Positions 1-11,500 of a stretch of DNA of 64,000 bases are shown in pieces (position 1 is the stretch's first letter; the number at the start of each line of letters is the position of its first letter). Position numbers and translations under genes: made by a program. The stretch comes from Monocercomonoides exilis PA203 (Eukaryota > Protista > Preaxostyla). The notes beneath the pieces were generated by a model that ran no database searches, was not told where the DNA came from, and was given only the letters and a program-made list of their open reading frames with translations. Where the stretch lies: NCBI GenBank assembly GCA_001643675.2, contig LSRY02000029.1, positions 558,001 to 622,000 on the forward strand, written 5' to 3'.

Positions 1-1
1 T

Positions 2-3000
2 GCAAGAAAAGCATTTCTTTTCTCTTCATCGTCGCTTTCCATCGCCAACTGTTGTGTGGAATTCTCTTCAGAAAATACGAATGATCCTGTTTCCTTCGGC
101 GTGATCTTTGTTGAAAGCGGGAATCTTCTGATAAGTGGATTCAAAATGGAACAAGCAACAACATTCACAACTTCGCCCATCTTTGCAGACAACTACAATT
201 CAATAAAGATAGAGAACAGCAACATAACTGGAACGAGGAGGATAAATGGAGATGGTGGATGCTTATATATCAATGAAGCAAATGGAGATGAAAAAAGAAT
301 CACAATCCAAAGTTGCAACTTTACTGGCTCATGTGACGAAGGGAATGGAATTCGAGGCGGGGGTGTCATGGGGAAGGTTGGAAGCGGGAACGTTTTGAGT
401 GTGAAAAGCACAAGTTTTGAGAACTGCATGGTGCCTTCGGATGGCAATGGAAATGGAGGGAAAGGATTGGGGGGTGGGATGCATCTCTGCTTGAAGGAAA
501 GCATCGGAAGCATCGCCTTCGATAATATCAGTTTCAGTGGTTGTAATGCTTGGAAAGGAAAACAGCTGTTTGTTGACGGAGAAGATCTGAGGCAGATTGC
601 CAGCAATTGGCTGCAGTGTTTCAAAACAGAAACCTTCTTGTCTGAGGATATGATGGGATTTGAGAGAAGCACAACAAATCGGGAATTCCACGTACCGCTT
701 GTGCTATATTTCCGAACATTTGTGGAACCTTGCTTTATTGGTGGAGCAGAGGAAAAGAGCCTTGATTACACAGGATGCGGATTTTCGGATTATCCGTGTG
801 GAACGCTGCCGTATGGGGGCTTTGTGCGATTTGGGGATTCGAAGGCGCATCTGAGGCTCACAGATCGCTTCTGCTTTGCAAATGCGATTGTTTTGAGTTC
901 GCAAGAGATGGACATTGAAGCAGAGACAAACGGAACACTGATAAATGTGATGTCTGATGGAACAGGAGAAGGCGAAGGACTCATCGAGACAAGCAATGCA
1001 ATCTCATTCAGTGGAATAGCATTCAATGTTTCGACAACATTCGCAGCAGCCGAAAGAAAGTGTCTGCTTCTGTGCAGCGGCTCCGCCCTTTCGCTGGTTG
1101 ATTGCTCGGTGAACGCGCAATCGAAGAAGATCGACTTTGGATACGTGATTGTGAGAGGTGGCAATCTCCATATTCTGAGGGGAGTGCTGAACGAAATAGA
1201 ACTGCTGGGAGCGCCAGTGGTTGAACTGAGCGGCGGTAACAGCCGATGCACACTGGAAGATGTGGAATGGAACAACCTGAAGACAGGGTCAATCGAAGGG
1301 CTTGTTGGTGCGAAGTCGAAGAGCCATGTTGAAATGAAAAACTCGAAAGTGTCTGGGCCGACACAGTTTGGGAATCACGGGGTCTTTTTCGTTGAGGAAT
1401 CTTCGAGCGCAACTCTGGAAAAGAGCAACTTCACCCTGTTGACAAGAAACGAAGGAAACGGAGCGATAATTGATGGAAGAGTTGGAAGTGGAAAGAGTTT
1501 GAGTGTGAGTTTTTGCTGGTTCACTTTTATCAGCTGCATGGGGAGTGGCTCGAAAGGAGGAAGCGTCGTTGCAACTGTGTCAGCCGATGGGGAGCTGCTG
1601 TTCAACAACAACACGGTTGAAGAGAGCAAAGTGAGGAAAGCGGATGGTTTGGGGGGAGGGTTGCACATGGAGTTTTTGAGCAGCGAGGTTGGATATTCGA
1701 TGAAAAACAACAAATTCCTGAGCAATGATGCGATGCTGGGATACGATGTGTATCTTGTGTGCCCAACGCCGCGGATTACAATTGACAGAAATAAATGGGC
1801 AGGATCAGCCACAGAAGGCCAGGAGGAGGAAACGATGTGGGTGATCGATCCATCATTTCCTGAGGGATCTGACACGCTTCTGAAGTATTTGTTTCCGAGA
1901 GCAGACGAAATAATATATGTGAACACGCTCAATGGCCACACAGACGGGTGCGGTGCTGATGATTATCCTTGCGAGGAGCTTTGGTATGCTTCAGGGAAGA
2001 TGACCGAGGAGAAGCGGATTCTGCGAGTTCTTTCATCGTGCGAGCTAAGCGGATCAATAGAGAGAGAAAACGATCCGATTACAATTGAAGGGAAAGGGGA
2101 GGACGGGAGTCAGGTGATTGTGGGGAAAGAGGGGCATTTGAAGATGGTAGTTGGAACCACGTTTACGACGCTGACGATTTCGAAGATTGGATTTGAGCTG
2201 CCGCGAATATCAGATTTTGCTGAGCTGGTGGAAGTTGGGGTGGGCAAAACGTATTTTGTGGAGTGCACATTCGGAAGCGCAGATCCGGAAGCAAACGCGG
2301 AGACAAGCATGCGGATAATAACAGGGAGAGGAGGAAGGATCTCGTTGGATGGAGTGATCATAAAGAACATGGAATATAAAACTGACGGCGGAATCTTTTT
2401 GAGTGGCAAAGTTGTGTGCACTTTTGATAATGTCGAAGTGAGCGATATTCGATCAAGCGGAAAAGGAATGGTTGTTGGAGAAGGCGGAAATGAGATTTTT
2501 CTGAATGAATTGAGAAGCACAAACTGTTCATTTGGAAATGGCGGATTTGTTGTGCTGAAGAAAGTGAGGACTCTGAACTGGAAGAATGGCACGAGTATAA
2601 CAGACAGCAGGAACGAAGGAGGAAATGGTGGGTGTGGGCTTATTTCTGTTGAAGGAGAAAGCGATGTTCAGATCAACGGAACAAGCATCAGCTCCTGTTC
2701 TGCAAATAAGGAAGGCGGAAGAGGAGGCGGGTTGTATTTGGACATTTCAGAGAATCCCCTGTTGAGCATGAAGTTTACAGAAATAGTATTTGCAGATAAT
2801 TGTGCGTTTGAAGGAAAAGACATGTTTGTTTTGAGCACAGATGTGAATGCAACTGTTGTGAGAGATAGGTTTGCGTTTCAGCTTCAGAACGGGAAAAACG
2901 AAAACATTGTTGATCTGAAAGGCACAGATGATGTTTTGCTGAAAGGATCTGTTGTTGATCTTCTGCTATTCCTGATCCAAAGGAAGGAGAATACAATCTT

Positions 3001-6000
3001 TGTTTCAAGGGATGGAATGGACATTTTGGGGTGTGGAAGCGCGGAATTCGCTTGCCTGTCGTTCTGGAGAGGATATGAAAACATCGATTTGGATGCACAG
3101 AATAGAGTTATACGAATTGATACAGAAGCAAATATCAAAAACCATTACGATCTCTCATCGTTCAAAGTGATGTCCAACAAGGCAGATGAGAAGTGTGTGG
3201 TGTTGTTCGAGAATGCCATGGAAGCAAGGGAAGAGAAAAATTCAATTATTCAGAACTCGAAAGAATTGAAGTTGGAAATGATTCAGTTTTCGCTTCCTTT
3301 TTCTTTCACAAACAACGAAAATTTTCTTCTCCATTCTGAATCAGCCGATTCTTGCCTTTCGCTCAATGGATGCGCCTTCAACAGAAACAGCGCATCAGAC
3401 TTGGAGTTCTGCCTCATTCATTCTGAAGCAGGTGACGTTCAGTTGCTGAATTGTGATTTCTCTTCGCTGTCTTTCTCGTCAACGCCTGTCCAGGTGAATT
3501 CTTCGTGTGAAATAATCGGATGCAATTTTTCGTCGATATCGGCAAAGTCGAGTCAGAAGGGAGGTGCTGTTTGTGTGGAGCTGTTGAATGAAGCGACATT
3601 TTCGATGAATCAGACAGAAACGGTTGGCTGTGGTTGCTCTGAAGAACATGGGAGAGGAGGATTTATATTTCTTGAATCCAAAGGTGCCCCAACGGAAAAT
3701 CCTTTTGTTTTTGGGGAAAGTGTTTCTTTTGCTGGCCACAAGGCGCAAATAGGGAAAAACATGTTCATCTCGGCAGATGATCTGAACAAAAGTGTGACAC
3801 TCTCAACACTCTGCTTTGACTTCAGGAAAAGCAGAGAAGACGTGCTGCTGTTTTGTGGAAGAGATTTGGTCTGGAAAGACACCACCCTGCTCCGTTTCTT
3901 GGAGGCATACACAAGCCAAACAATATTTGTGAGCTCTGGTGGATACGATATTATGAGATGCGGAAGCGAAGAGGATCCGTGCATGAGCATGTGGAAAGGG
4001 ATGATGCAGATAGAGCGAGGTGCTCCGCAGACGTGGATAAAAATAGTGGATGAGACGATTGTGCAGAACTCGTTCGTGCTCTCCAACTTTATTATTGAAC
4101 AAGTTGAAACAGAAGAACAAAATCAAGGGAAGCTGATTTTTGCAAACAAGACAGAAAGTGGCACCGATCCCGCAATTAGCAGCGAGGGCGTTTTGCAACT
4201 GAATAGGATTTCAGTTGTACTATCGGAAGGGTTTTGGAACGAGCGGCAGTATTCATTTGTTGGAAAAAGTGGGGTGATTGGGATAAGCGATTGTTCGTTT
4301 GTAGCTGAGACACGTGGAGATGCTCCAGCGAAGGTTGGGCTCTTGTTGATGGAAAGCGGAGTGCTGAATGTTTCGAAGCTGTCAGTTGAGAATGTGATGT
4401 CGGAGATGGGTGTGTTTGCGATCAGCAACGGATGCGATTGTGCAATGCAGCATCTTGCGGCTTCGGGATGTTCATTTTCTGGAGTAAGTTTTGTGAAAAT
4501 AGTTTCTCGCTCATACCAAAAGGAGAATGCTGCTGACTGCTCTGTCGCCATCAAAAACTCCACATTCCAGCTGATCACTCGGAATGGAAACGGGCCTGCA
4601 ATTATCAGTTCGTCTGGCTGTGCTTCAGTGATATCAATCAGCGAATGCACATTTGATTCGTGCAAGGCAGTTGGTTCAGAGAAGGGTGGCGATGTTTTTG
4701 AGGAGCTTCATAGCGAAGGAGCTCTGTCGATGAGCAAGTCATCAGTGATTCAGTGTGGATGCAACAACGACAACGGAAAAGGAGGAGGGATTTACATATA
4801 TGCAAATTTTGAGGGTTCACTCTCGTTTCTGTTTGAGAAGATGACATTCAAAGGAAACAGCGCGAAAGTGGGGAATGACGTCTTTGTTGAGTGTGTTGAC
4901 ATCGAGAACCAGATCAACGAAACGCAGTTTTGTTTTGATTTGCGAGAAACGGCATACACGCGGTTGAATGCCATCTACGGGATGGACACAAGGAACCACA
5001 AAAGCGACACGAATCTGATGGACTTTGTCACGATCCACCAGGCAGACACCATCATTTTGTCATCCGCTCCCTCCAAGAACGGGAAGAATGACAGACAATG
5101 CGGAACACTGAAGCTTCCGTGCCTGACAATCGGCTATGCGCTGAGCCATTTGACGAACGATGTGGAAAGCAGACTTCTGGTGGATGACGAGTCGTTTGTT
5201 GAAAAGGAGATGGATCTGGAAGATCTTTCAATCGCGTCTCGAAAGGAAGATCCCTCGAAACTCACCATATTCCGCGATATTGCGCACACAAGATCCAGCG
5301 TAGTATCAACATCAGGAAGCGTCTCTGTCTCGAAGATTGAGCTTTTCTTTGATTCAGATTTTTCTTCAGCGCACCACATTTTGCTCACTGCAGAATCTGG
5401 AAGCCTATCATTGTTTTTGTGCAGTTTTGCTCAATCGCAGGAAGAAAGAAGTGCTCAAACGATTGGACTGACGCTCATCTCAATCGAAAATGGGCAAGTG
5501 ACTGCTTCACAGATAAAAATATCTCACATGCACTTTTCTGCCGAAGCTTCAGTTCGAATCGCTCATTTGAGTGGCTGCGTGTTGCTCTCTGAAATGAAAG
5601 TGGAAGATGTTGTTCTAGATAGAGGAGCATTCATTCTAATAAATGGAGCGCTATCATTTTCTGAGCAGCAGAAAAGTGGAAGAGAAAGATCAGTTGAACT
5701 GAAAGCAGTGTCTTTTAACAATGTTTCTTCTGCTCAGGAAGGGGGAGGGGTTATTGGATGCTCATCGTTCAACGAAGGGATTTATTTTGGTAATTGCACT
5801 TTTTCAAACACATCTTCAAAATCTGAAAGAGGATGTGTGATGACTTTTTGCGGGTGCAACAATGTGTCAATATATTGGAATGTGCTTCGAGGTGAGTTGG
5901 GCTATTTGGAAAGATGTGGAAATAAGGAAGAAGCAGACATATGCCAATGGACATCTTCAGCTGTTTCGTTTGTTAACAGCTCAGCGAATATGAAAGACAC

Positions 6001-7996
6001 CACGATTGAGAATTTTTCAAAAGGAGGGATTGGCGTCTTTGGGGGATATGTTACGATTGAAGAGGGGAAATTTATGGAGAATGATCCGAGGATTGAGGGA
6101 TACCCATCAATAAGAAGGAACATTGTGTGCGGAGGCAAAGGGAATCTGAATATTTGGAGTCTGAAAGGCGGAGACGGGCAGGAAAGAAACGAATCGCTTT
6201 GGATGCTGAATGAAGGATGCACACTGAGCGGGATAGTGGAAGAAAGGAAAACTTCTTTGTTTGTCCCCACTTTGGAAAGTGTGGCTGTGGAAGAGGAAGG
6301 AGCAGAGTTGAAGGTGACATTTAAAGGGCAACTTCTTTTGCCTTGCAATTTATCGTTTCGGGTGGTGACAGCCATCCGATCAGAAGCGTTGGTGGTGCGA
6401 TATGAGTTTGAATCCGAAGGGTTTGTCTCGGAAGATGAGGCTTGGGGGAAAATACCTTCGAAATCAATTCGAGAGGCAGAAGAGGAAGCAGAAGTGAGTG
6501 CTTCGATTCTTTTTGGAGAAAAAGAGGGACCATCGTCCACCGAAGCAATCATTCTGAAGAACAAAAGTGAACCCCAGTCAAAGGGAGATAATATTGTTGC
6601 TGAAGGCGGAAAAGAAGAGAAATCATCATGGGCTGTTATTTGCGTGATATTTGTTGTGCTATTCGTGATTGTTTTGGTTGGATTTATTGTGTTTGTTGTT
6701 CGATGGAGGAAATGGAAAGAGGAAGCACAGAAATACAAAGAGATTGTTGAAGACACAGTGAAGAAGGATCCGAAAGCGTTTGAGATGGTGACGATGGAGA
6801 TGTCGCCTGAGGAGCAGTGGAGGAGAGCAGAAAGGGAGGCAGAGAAGAAGAACGATGAGAGGATGAAGAAGAGGGTGTATGAGAATAGCTTGGGACACTC
6901 AGAGTCATCTGAGCACCTTCTGTCTGAAAGTGGATCGACTGAATACATTCTGGGGAGAGATTCAGACAAGATCCCAGATTGGGCATTGGAAAAGGAGGAG
7001 GAGGAGACAAGAAAGCAGACTCCATCGCCATCGATTTCATCCACCTCAACCACTTCAACAACTGATTCAGATTCAACATTTGTTCGAGGGGAGGATATGT
7101 GCCCAACCACTTCATCGATGTCGAATCTGGTGGATGCAATGGCATGTTCATCTCCACATGAGAAACTGATTGTGGATCTGCGAGATTCATTATTCATGCT
7201 TCTTCATGGAAAGAACGAGAAGAAGGAGATGGCTATTGGGAGCTTGAAGGAAAGGGAGATGACGACTGCCCAGATCCTGTTCTGGGTGGCCAATCTTGCA
7301 CTTCACTCCTTTGATGAAATGGACAATCCACTTCAGTCATTGGCCAATCTGAGTCCTCACATTGTGTTATTCTCAGAACACATGGTTATCTGCATAGTGA
7401 TGCATTCTGATTTATTATCAGATGATGATTCAGACTCTTCTTCCATCTCTTCATCAACTATTGTGACTTCTGCAAGTGATGATGATGATGAAGAGGAATC
7501 TCTGCCATCCTCAGCGTTTGAGGATGAGGATGCCTTCAAAAAAGAGTGTCTGCGATGGAAGGCGCCAGAGCTGCTGATGAACAAGAACATGGGAGCAACG
7601 AAGCAGTCAGTGGCATTCTCAATTGGGATGATGCTGTGGGAGTGCTTGACACTTCAGATCCCATTTGGAGAGTTTGAGGCAGCAATTGCAGGAGATAAGA
7701 TTACAAAAGGAGAAAGGCCGAACTGCCAAATGCTCAGAGGACAGAAGTGGTGTGAGATGGTTCGAAAGTGTTTGTCGGCAGAAGCTTCAGAAAGGATGAA
7801 CCTGATGGAGATGAAGAGGGAATTTATCCAATTATTTCCAAGTGGATCTGCAATGCTAACAATGTCTGATGCAATTGACATTATAGAAGCATGTGCTGGA
7901 AATAAGGAGGAATCACAAGCATGCTCATACACAATTGATAGCGACGGGGCAATTCGGCTGATTCAAAAGTGTGGAACAAAAGAAATCACTCAATGA
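2..7996 (+). CDS. Giant single-pass membrane protein, copy A: repeated CG-x4-[PA]C / GG / FxxN beta-helix-like ectodomain, TM helix, TKL-like pseudokinase tail (5' end outside window)
   Basis: Frame is open from base 2 (ARKAFLFSSS...) to TGA at 7994-7996 with no introns needed. Five Cys modules: YTGCGFSDYPC, TDGCGADDYPC, ILGCGSAEFAC, IMRCGSEEDPC, DRQCGTLKLPC. TM segment WAVICVIFVVLFVIVLVGFIVFVV is followed by RWRKWK. Kinase subdomain VIII-IX motifs LRWKAPELL and FSIGMMLWECLTLQIPF. Confidence 0.85.
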   Translation, partial: ARKAFLFSSSSLSIANCCVEFSSENTNDPVSFGVIFVESGNLLISGFKMEQATTFTTSPIFADNYNSIKIENSNITGTRRINGDGGCLYINEANGDEKRITIQSCNFTGSCDEGNGIRGGGVMGKVGSGNVLSVKSTSFENCMVPSDGNGNGGKGLGGGMHLCLKESIGSIAFDNISFSGCNAWKGKQLFVDGEDLRQIASNWLQCFKTETFLSEDMMGFERSTTNREFHVPLVLYFRTFVEPCFIGGAEEKSLDYTGCGFSDYPCGTLPYGGFVRFGDSKAHLRLTDRFCFANAIVLSSQEMDIEAETNGTLINVMSDGTGEGEGLIETSNAISFSGIAFNVSTTFAAAERKCLLLCSGSALSLVDCSVNAQSKKIDFGYVIVRGGNLHILRGVLNEIELLGAPVVELSGGNSRCTLEDVEWNNLKTGSIEGLVGAKSKSHVEMKNSKVSGPTQFGNHGVFFVEESSSATLEKSNFTLLTRNEGNGAIIDGRVGSGKSLSVSFCWFTFISCMGSGSKGGSVVATVSADGELLFNNNTVEESKVRKADGLGGGLHMEFLSSEVGYSMKNNKFLSNDAMLGYDVYLVCPTPRITIDRNKWAGSATEGQEEETMWVIDPSFPEGSDTLLKYLFPRADEIIYVNTLNGHTDGCGADDYPCEELWYASGKMTEEKRILRVLSSCELSGSIERENDPITIEGKGEDGSQVIVGKEGHLKMVVGTTFTTLTISKIGFELPRISDFAELVEVGVGKTYFVECTFGSADPEANAETSMRIITGRGGRISLDGVIIKNMEYKTDGGIFLSGKVVCTFDNVEVSDIRSSGKGMVVGEGGNEIFLNELRSTNCSFGNGGFVVLKKVRTLNWKNGTSITDSRNEGGNGGCGLISVEGESDVQINGTSISSCSANKEGGRGGGLYLDISENPLLSMKFTEIVFADNCAFEGKDMFVLSTDVNATVVRDRFAFQLQNGKNENIVDLKGTDDVLLKGSVVDLLLFLIQRKENTIFVSRDGMDILGCGSAEFACLSFWRGYENIDLDAQNRVIRIDTEANIKNHYDLSSFKVMSNKADEKCVVLFENAMEAREEKNSIIQNSKELKLEMIQFSLPFSFTNNENFLLHSESADSCLSLNGCAFNRNSASDLEFCLIHSEAGDVQLLNCDFSSLSFSSTPVQVNSSCEIIGCNFSSISAKSSQKGGAVCVELLNEATFSMNQTETVGCGCSEEHGRGGFIFLESKGAPTENPFVFGESVSFAGHKAQIGKNMFISADDLNKSVTLSTLCFDFRKSREDVLLFCGRDLVWKDTTLLRFLEAYTSQTIFVSSGGYDIMRCGSEEDPCMSMWKGMMQIERGAPQTWIKIVDETIVQNSFVLSNFIIEQVETEEQNQGKLIFANKTESGTDPAISSEGVLQLNRISVVLSEGFWNERQYSFVGKSGVIGISDCSFVAETRGDAPAKVGLLLMESGVLNVSKLSVENVMSEMGVFAISNGCDCAMQHLAASGCSFSGVSFVKIVSRSYQKENAADCSVAIKNSTFQLITRNGNGPAIISSSGCASVISISECTFDSCKAVGSEKGGDVFEELHSEGALSMSKSSVIQCGCNNDNGKGGGIYIYANFEGSLSFLFEKMTFKGNSAKVGNDVFVECVDIENQINETQFCFDLRETAYTRLNAIYGMDTRNHKSDTNLMDFVTIHQADTIILSSAPSKNGKNDRQCGTLKLPCLTIGYALSHLTNDVESRLLVDDESFVEKEMDLEDLSIASRKEDPSKLTIFRDIAHTRSSVVSTSGSVSVSKIELFFDSDFSSAHHILLTAESGSLSLFLCSFAQSQEERSAQTIGLTLISIENGQVTASQIKISHMHFSAEASVRIAHLSGCVLLSEMKVEDVVLDRGAFILINGALSFSEQQKSGRERSVELKAVSFNNVSSAQEGGGVIGCSSFNEGIYFGNCTFSNTSSKSERGCVMTFCGCNNVSIYWNVLRGELGYLERCGNKEEADICQWTSSAVSFVNSSANMKDTTIENFSKGGIGVFGGYVTIEEGKFMENDPRIEGYPSIRRNIVCGGKGNLNIWSLKGGDGQERNESLWMLNEGCTLSGIVEERKTSLFVPTLESVAVEEEGAELKVTFKGQLLLPCNLSFRVVTAIRSEALVVRYEFESEGFVSEDEAWGKIPSKSIREAEEEAEVSASILFGEKEGPSSTEAIILKNKSEPQSKGDNIVAEGGKEEKSSWAVICVIFVVLFVIVLVGFIVFVVRWRKWKEEAQKYKEIVEDTVKKDPKAFEMVTMEMSPEEQWRRAEREAEKKNDERMKKRVYENSLGHSESSEHLLSESGSTEYILGRDSDKIPDWALEKEEEETRKQTPSPSISSTSTTSTTDSDSTFVRGEDMCPTTSSMSNLVDAMACSSPHEKLIVDLRDSLFMLLHGKNEKKEMAIGSLKEREMTTAQILFWVANLALHSFDEMDNPLQSLANLSPHIVLFSEHMVICIVMHSDLLSDDDSDSSSISSSTIVTSASDDDDEEESLPSSAFEDEDAFKKECLRWKAPELLMNKNMGATKQSVAFSIGMMLWECLTLQIPFGEFEAAIAGDKITKGERPNCQMLRGQKWCEMVRKCLSAEASERMNLMEMKREFIQLFPSGSAMLTMSDAIDIIEACAGNKEESQACSYTIDSDGAIRLIQKCGTKEITQ

Positions 7997-8578
7997 AGGT
8001 GATTATTGTTCACTCGTTTCACAACGATTTAGAGTCAATGTATTTTGTTTTCATGCGAATGCTCATGTGTGAAAAGTACTTTTAATGCATTATTATTTAA
8101 ACCTTTTCATCTCATTTGCACATCATTAATATTTTGACAAACGTGCCTTTTATATTAGTATGCCGTTTTTCATTCGTTTGTATTTTCATAGTCATATAAT
8201 TCTTAAGATTATTGCTGTGTTTTTTGGTGGTTTTAATCATCATCTTAATTGTTTCAGTGCTCATGTATTCATATTGATTTCTATTTATCTTTCCAAAAAT
8301 AAAACAAAATGAAAAATCACAGGACAATCACATTATTCTTTTTTTTTTCAGAGAGAAAGAATGATGAACAAATACTTGAAAGCTTTTCTGGAATCGATGA
8401 AAGATTGCAAGCAACTGGTGCTTCGAAAGCGGGAATGCATCAAAGCCTACCAAACAGAAATGATAGTTTTAACACTTTTCGAAGTTATTCTCAATTAGAT
8501 GATCCATTTCGAAAAATACAATAAAATGCTCCTTTTTAATAATAATTTGGAAATTTTCACTTTTTAAAAATTGTTAAA

Positions 8579-11500
8579 TCATTTTCTCAATCTTTCAATG
8601 TCATCTTCATCATCATCCTCTCCCCATCTTCTTCTCTCATCAACACCCGATCTCATCCTTCCCATTTTTCCCTGAGGAATCTTCTTTCCCACTTCTGTTG
8701 ATGCAAAGTAATGAGGAGCCACTTCATTCAGCCATTCTTGTTTGATTTCGGTTGCTTGCCTCATGTACTCTCTCTTTGTCATCACTGATTGGTGAAACAT
8801 TACCCACTGAGGAGGCGTTTTGAAGAGGAAAGATGTCGGATGCAGGTACACAGTATGTGGATGCTTGACAGTCGTGAACTGACAATCAGCACCAGCTGGT
8901 TTGGGCTTTTTCTTTCTGCTTGCATCTTCCAAGGACTTTGGAGCAATCTCTTCGCCTGCTTTTGCAGCTTTTTCTTTCCCACCGTGTTTCATCCCTGTAT
9001 TTTTGGCAACGTTAGCAAAGAAGCCAGATAGAAGAGCCTTTCGTATTTCCTCGTCGTTGTCTGGGTTAGTCCACATTTCGATGCCAAGCTTGTGGCACAA
9101 ATTTACCAGCTGCTCTCTGATTTCTCTGGCTCTGTTAAGCGAGCGCTGCTGTAGAAAGTTCTCGGCAGCAAAGAGAGATGAAAATCCGCTCTCTTCCCAT
9201 TCTGAATACACCCGCAGCAGAGACAGATGGTCGCCTGCGGGATGTGAAAAGGCAGCTGTACGTGCAGTGAATGCAGTATATGACGGAGCAGTCGAGGTGG
9301 ATGGTGTATCGCTGCTTTCTTCGTCGCCTTCTTGTTTCTTCCTCTCAAATCGAGGTCGCCAGAAAACAGCGTTTTCAACATCAAGCATTGCAGCAATTGT
9401 TATTACTTCATTCGTAACTTTCCTCTCCTCACCAGCAATTAGCGCGCGTGAAAGCGGCGGAGAAAGAGGGAAATCTCCCATTCGACGTCCGAGTTTTGTA
9501 AGCTCACCTTTGCTGTTGAGTGCCCCAAGAGCATAAAGATGCTGCAACGCATGGCGAAGACACTCAACTGGTGGCGGATCCAAATAATCGAAATCAACAA
9601 GATTATCAATTCCAAGTGACTTAAAAAATGGAAGAAAAAAATTGGTTTTGACATTTAAAAAAGAAATAAATTGATAAGAAAGCACAATCTTTAAATATAT
9701 TTAATAAAAAACAACAAACCATTAAAAGAAGAACGATCTGCGACAAGTCCGATCTTTGTATTTCTGGCGGGTTTTCTTCGGTTAGTTGAGCCTCAAAGGC
9801 GTATTTCGTGTAAAGGCGATAGCATTTTCCTGGTCGAACTCTTCCTGCACGCCCAGTCCTCTGCATTGCATTCGAGCGGGAAATCGGGTGGACCACAAGA
9901 GATTCCACTCCCGTCTTTGGATTGAACGTCTTCAGCTTGCAAAACCCACAGTCCACAACATACACCACACCATCGATGGTCAGCGATGTCTCTGCAATGT
10001 TCGTTGCAACAATGATTTTCCGTGCATTCGGCGGTGTTGGCTCGAAGATCTTCGCCTGCTGCTCTGAAGGCATTGTCGAGTAGATCGGGACCACGATCAG
10101 CTCTTTGATTCGGCTCTTCACCGAAGCCGTCCCGTCTTCAAATCCAAACTGGAGCTGCTTTGCTCGTCGGGTAATTTCTTCCACTGCAAATTCGATCTCT
10201 TCCTGTCCAGTCAAAAAGATCAGCACATCTCCTAGTGGCTGCGTCAAATGTATCTGTAGCGCTGTTGACACAGCGGCATCAGCATAGTCCAGCTCAGGCT
10301 GCTTGACATACATGACATCCACAGGAAACATCCTCCCAGGCACCTCGAGAATAGGTGCTCCGTCGAAAAACTTGCTGAATTTATCTGCATTCAGCGTAGC
10401 CGAAGAGATGATCAGATGGAAGTCAGTCTTCCTTAATCTGCAAACATCCTTCAGCAGTCCAAAGAGGATGTCTGTGTCGAGCGTCCGCTCATGAGCCTCG
10501 TCCAGCATCATAACTGAGTATGTCTCCAAGCCAGGATCAGACAGAAACTCCCTCAGAAGCATCCCATCTGTCATGTACTTCACAATCGTCTGGTCAGAAG
10601 TCTTTTCCTCAAACCGAATGGAGTACCCGACTTCTGCCCCAAGCACCACGCCCATCTCTTCTGCCACACGTGTCGCAACAGACATCGCAGCCACACGGCG
10701 CGGCTGGGTAATCCCCACTTTCTTCCCGTCTTTTGTGTAGCCAGCCTCGTGGCAGTACTGCGGAAGCTGCGTTGTCTTCCCACTGCCTGTCTGTGCCACA
10801 ACCACAATCACCTGGTTTTCCTTCAGCATCGACAGAAACTGCGATCTGTACTGGTACACAGGAAGGCCTCGACGGGTTTCTTGAAGCTTTTCGAAAGATT
10901 GTGCTTGCGTCTGCTCGGTAGATGGCACAGAGGAAGATGATGAGTGCTTTGAAGTTCCTAAATATGAGGTGTCTCCACTCTGAAGACGCTTCAATTTCTC
11001 TTCTTCGTCCATAAGTTCAACAAATCCGTGATCTTTCGATGAATCATGCTTGTGCTCTTCGCCAGATCTTGCTATTTTTTCGCTTTTTCGCTTATTTTGC
11101 TTAGCTTCCCATTTCAGAAGTGCCTCATGTTCGAACTGTTGTTTCATTGTGTCTTTGTTGTTTTCAATTTGCATTTTGCTTTGAGAATGTTCAGCTTTTT
11201 CCATCTTCTTTCTCACAAAGCGCATAACATAAAGCTGCTTTTCGAGGGCCTGAAGAAAACAAAAAAAATACATTCATTCAAAAAATTGTTAATAAATGTA
11301 CAACGGTTCATAAAGATATATGAATGACGTTTCAGAATATAAATTAAGAAAAGTCTTACTCACAAACACAAAATAAATCCAACAAATTCAAAAAAATTTA
11401 AGAAAACGGTCTCATCAACATTAAACAATCAAGTATTTTTATTCGATCAAAAACTGTACTTTTCAAACAAGGAAGCATCAAAACACCAACGAGATGCCTC

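Noticed and set aside
5902-7197. 431-aa antisense ORF, and its 449-aa twin at 27447-28796
   Set aside because: These are shadows of the receptor genes' codon usage. They are twins only because the underlying DNA is duplicated.
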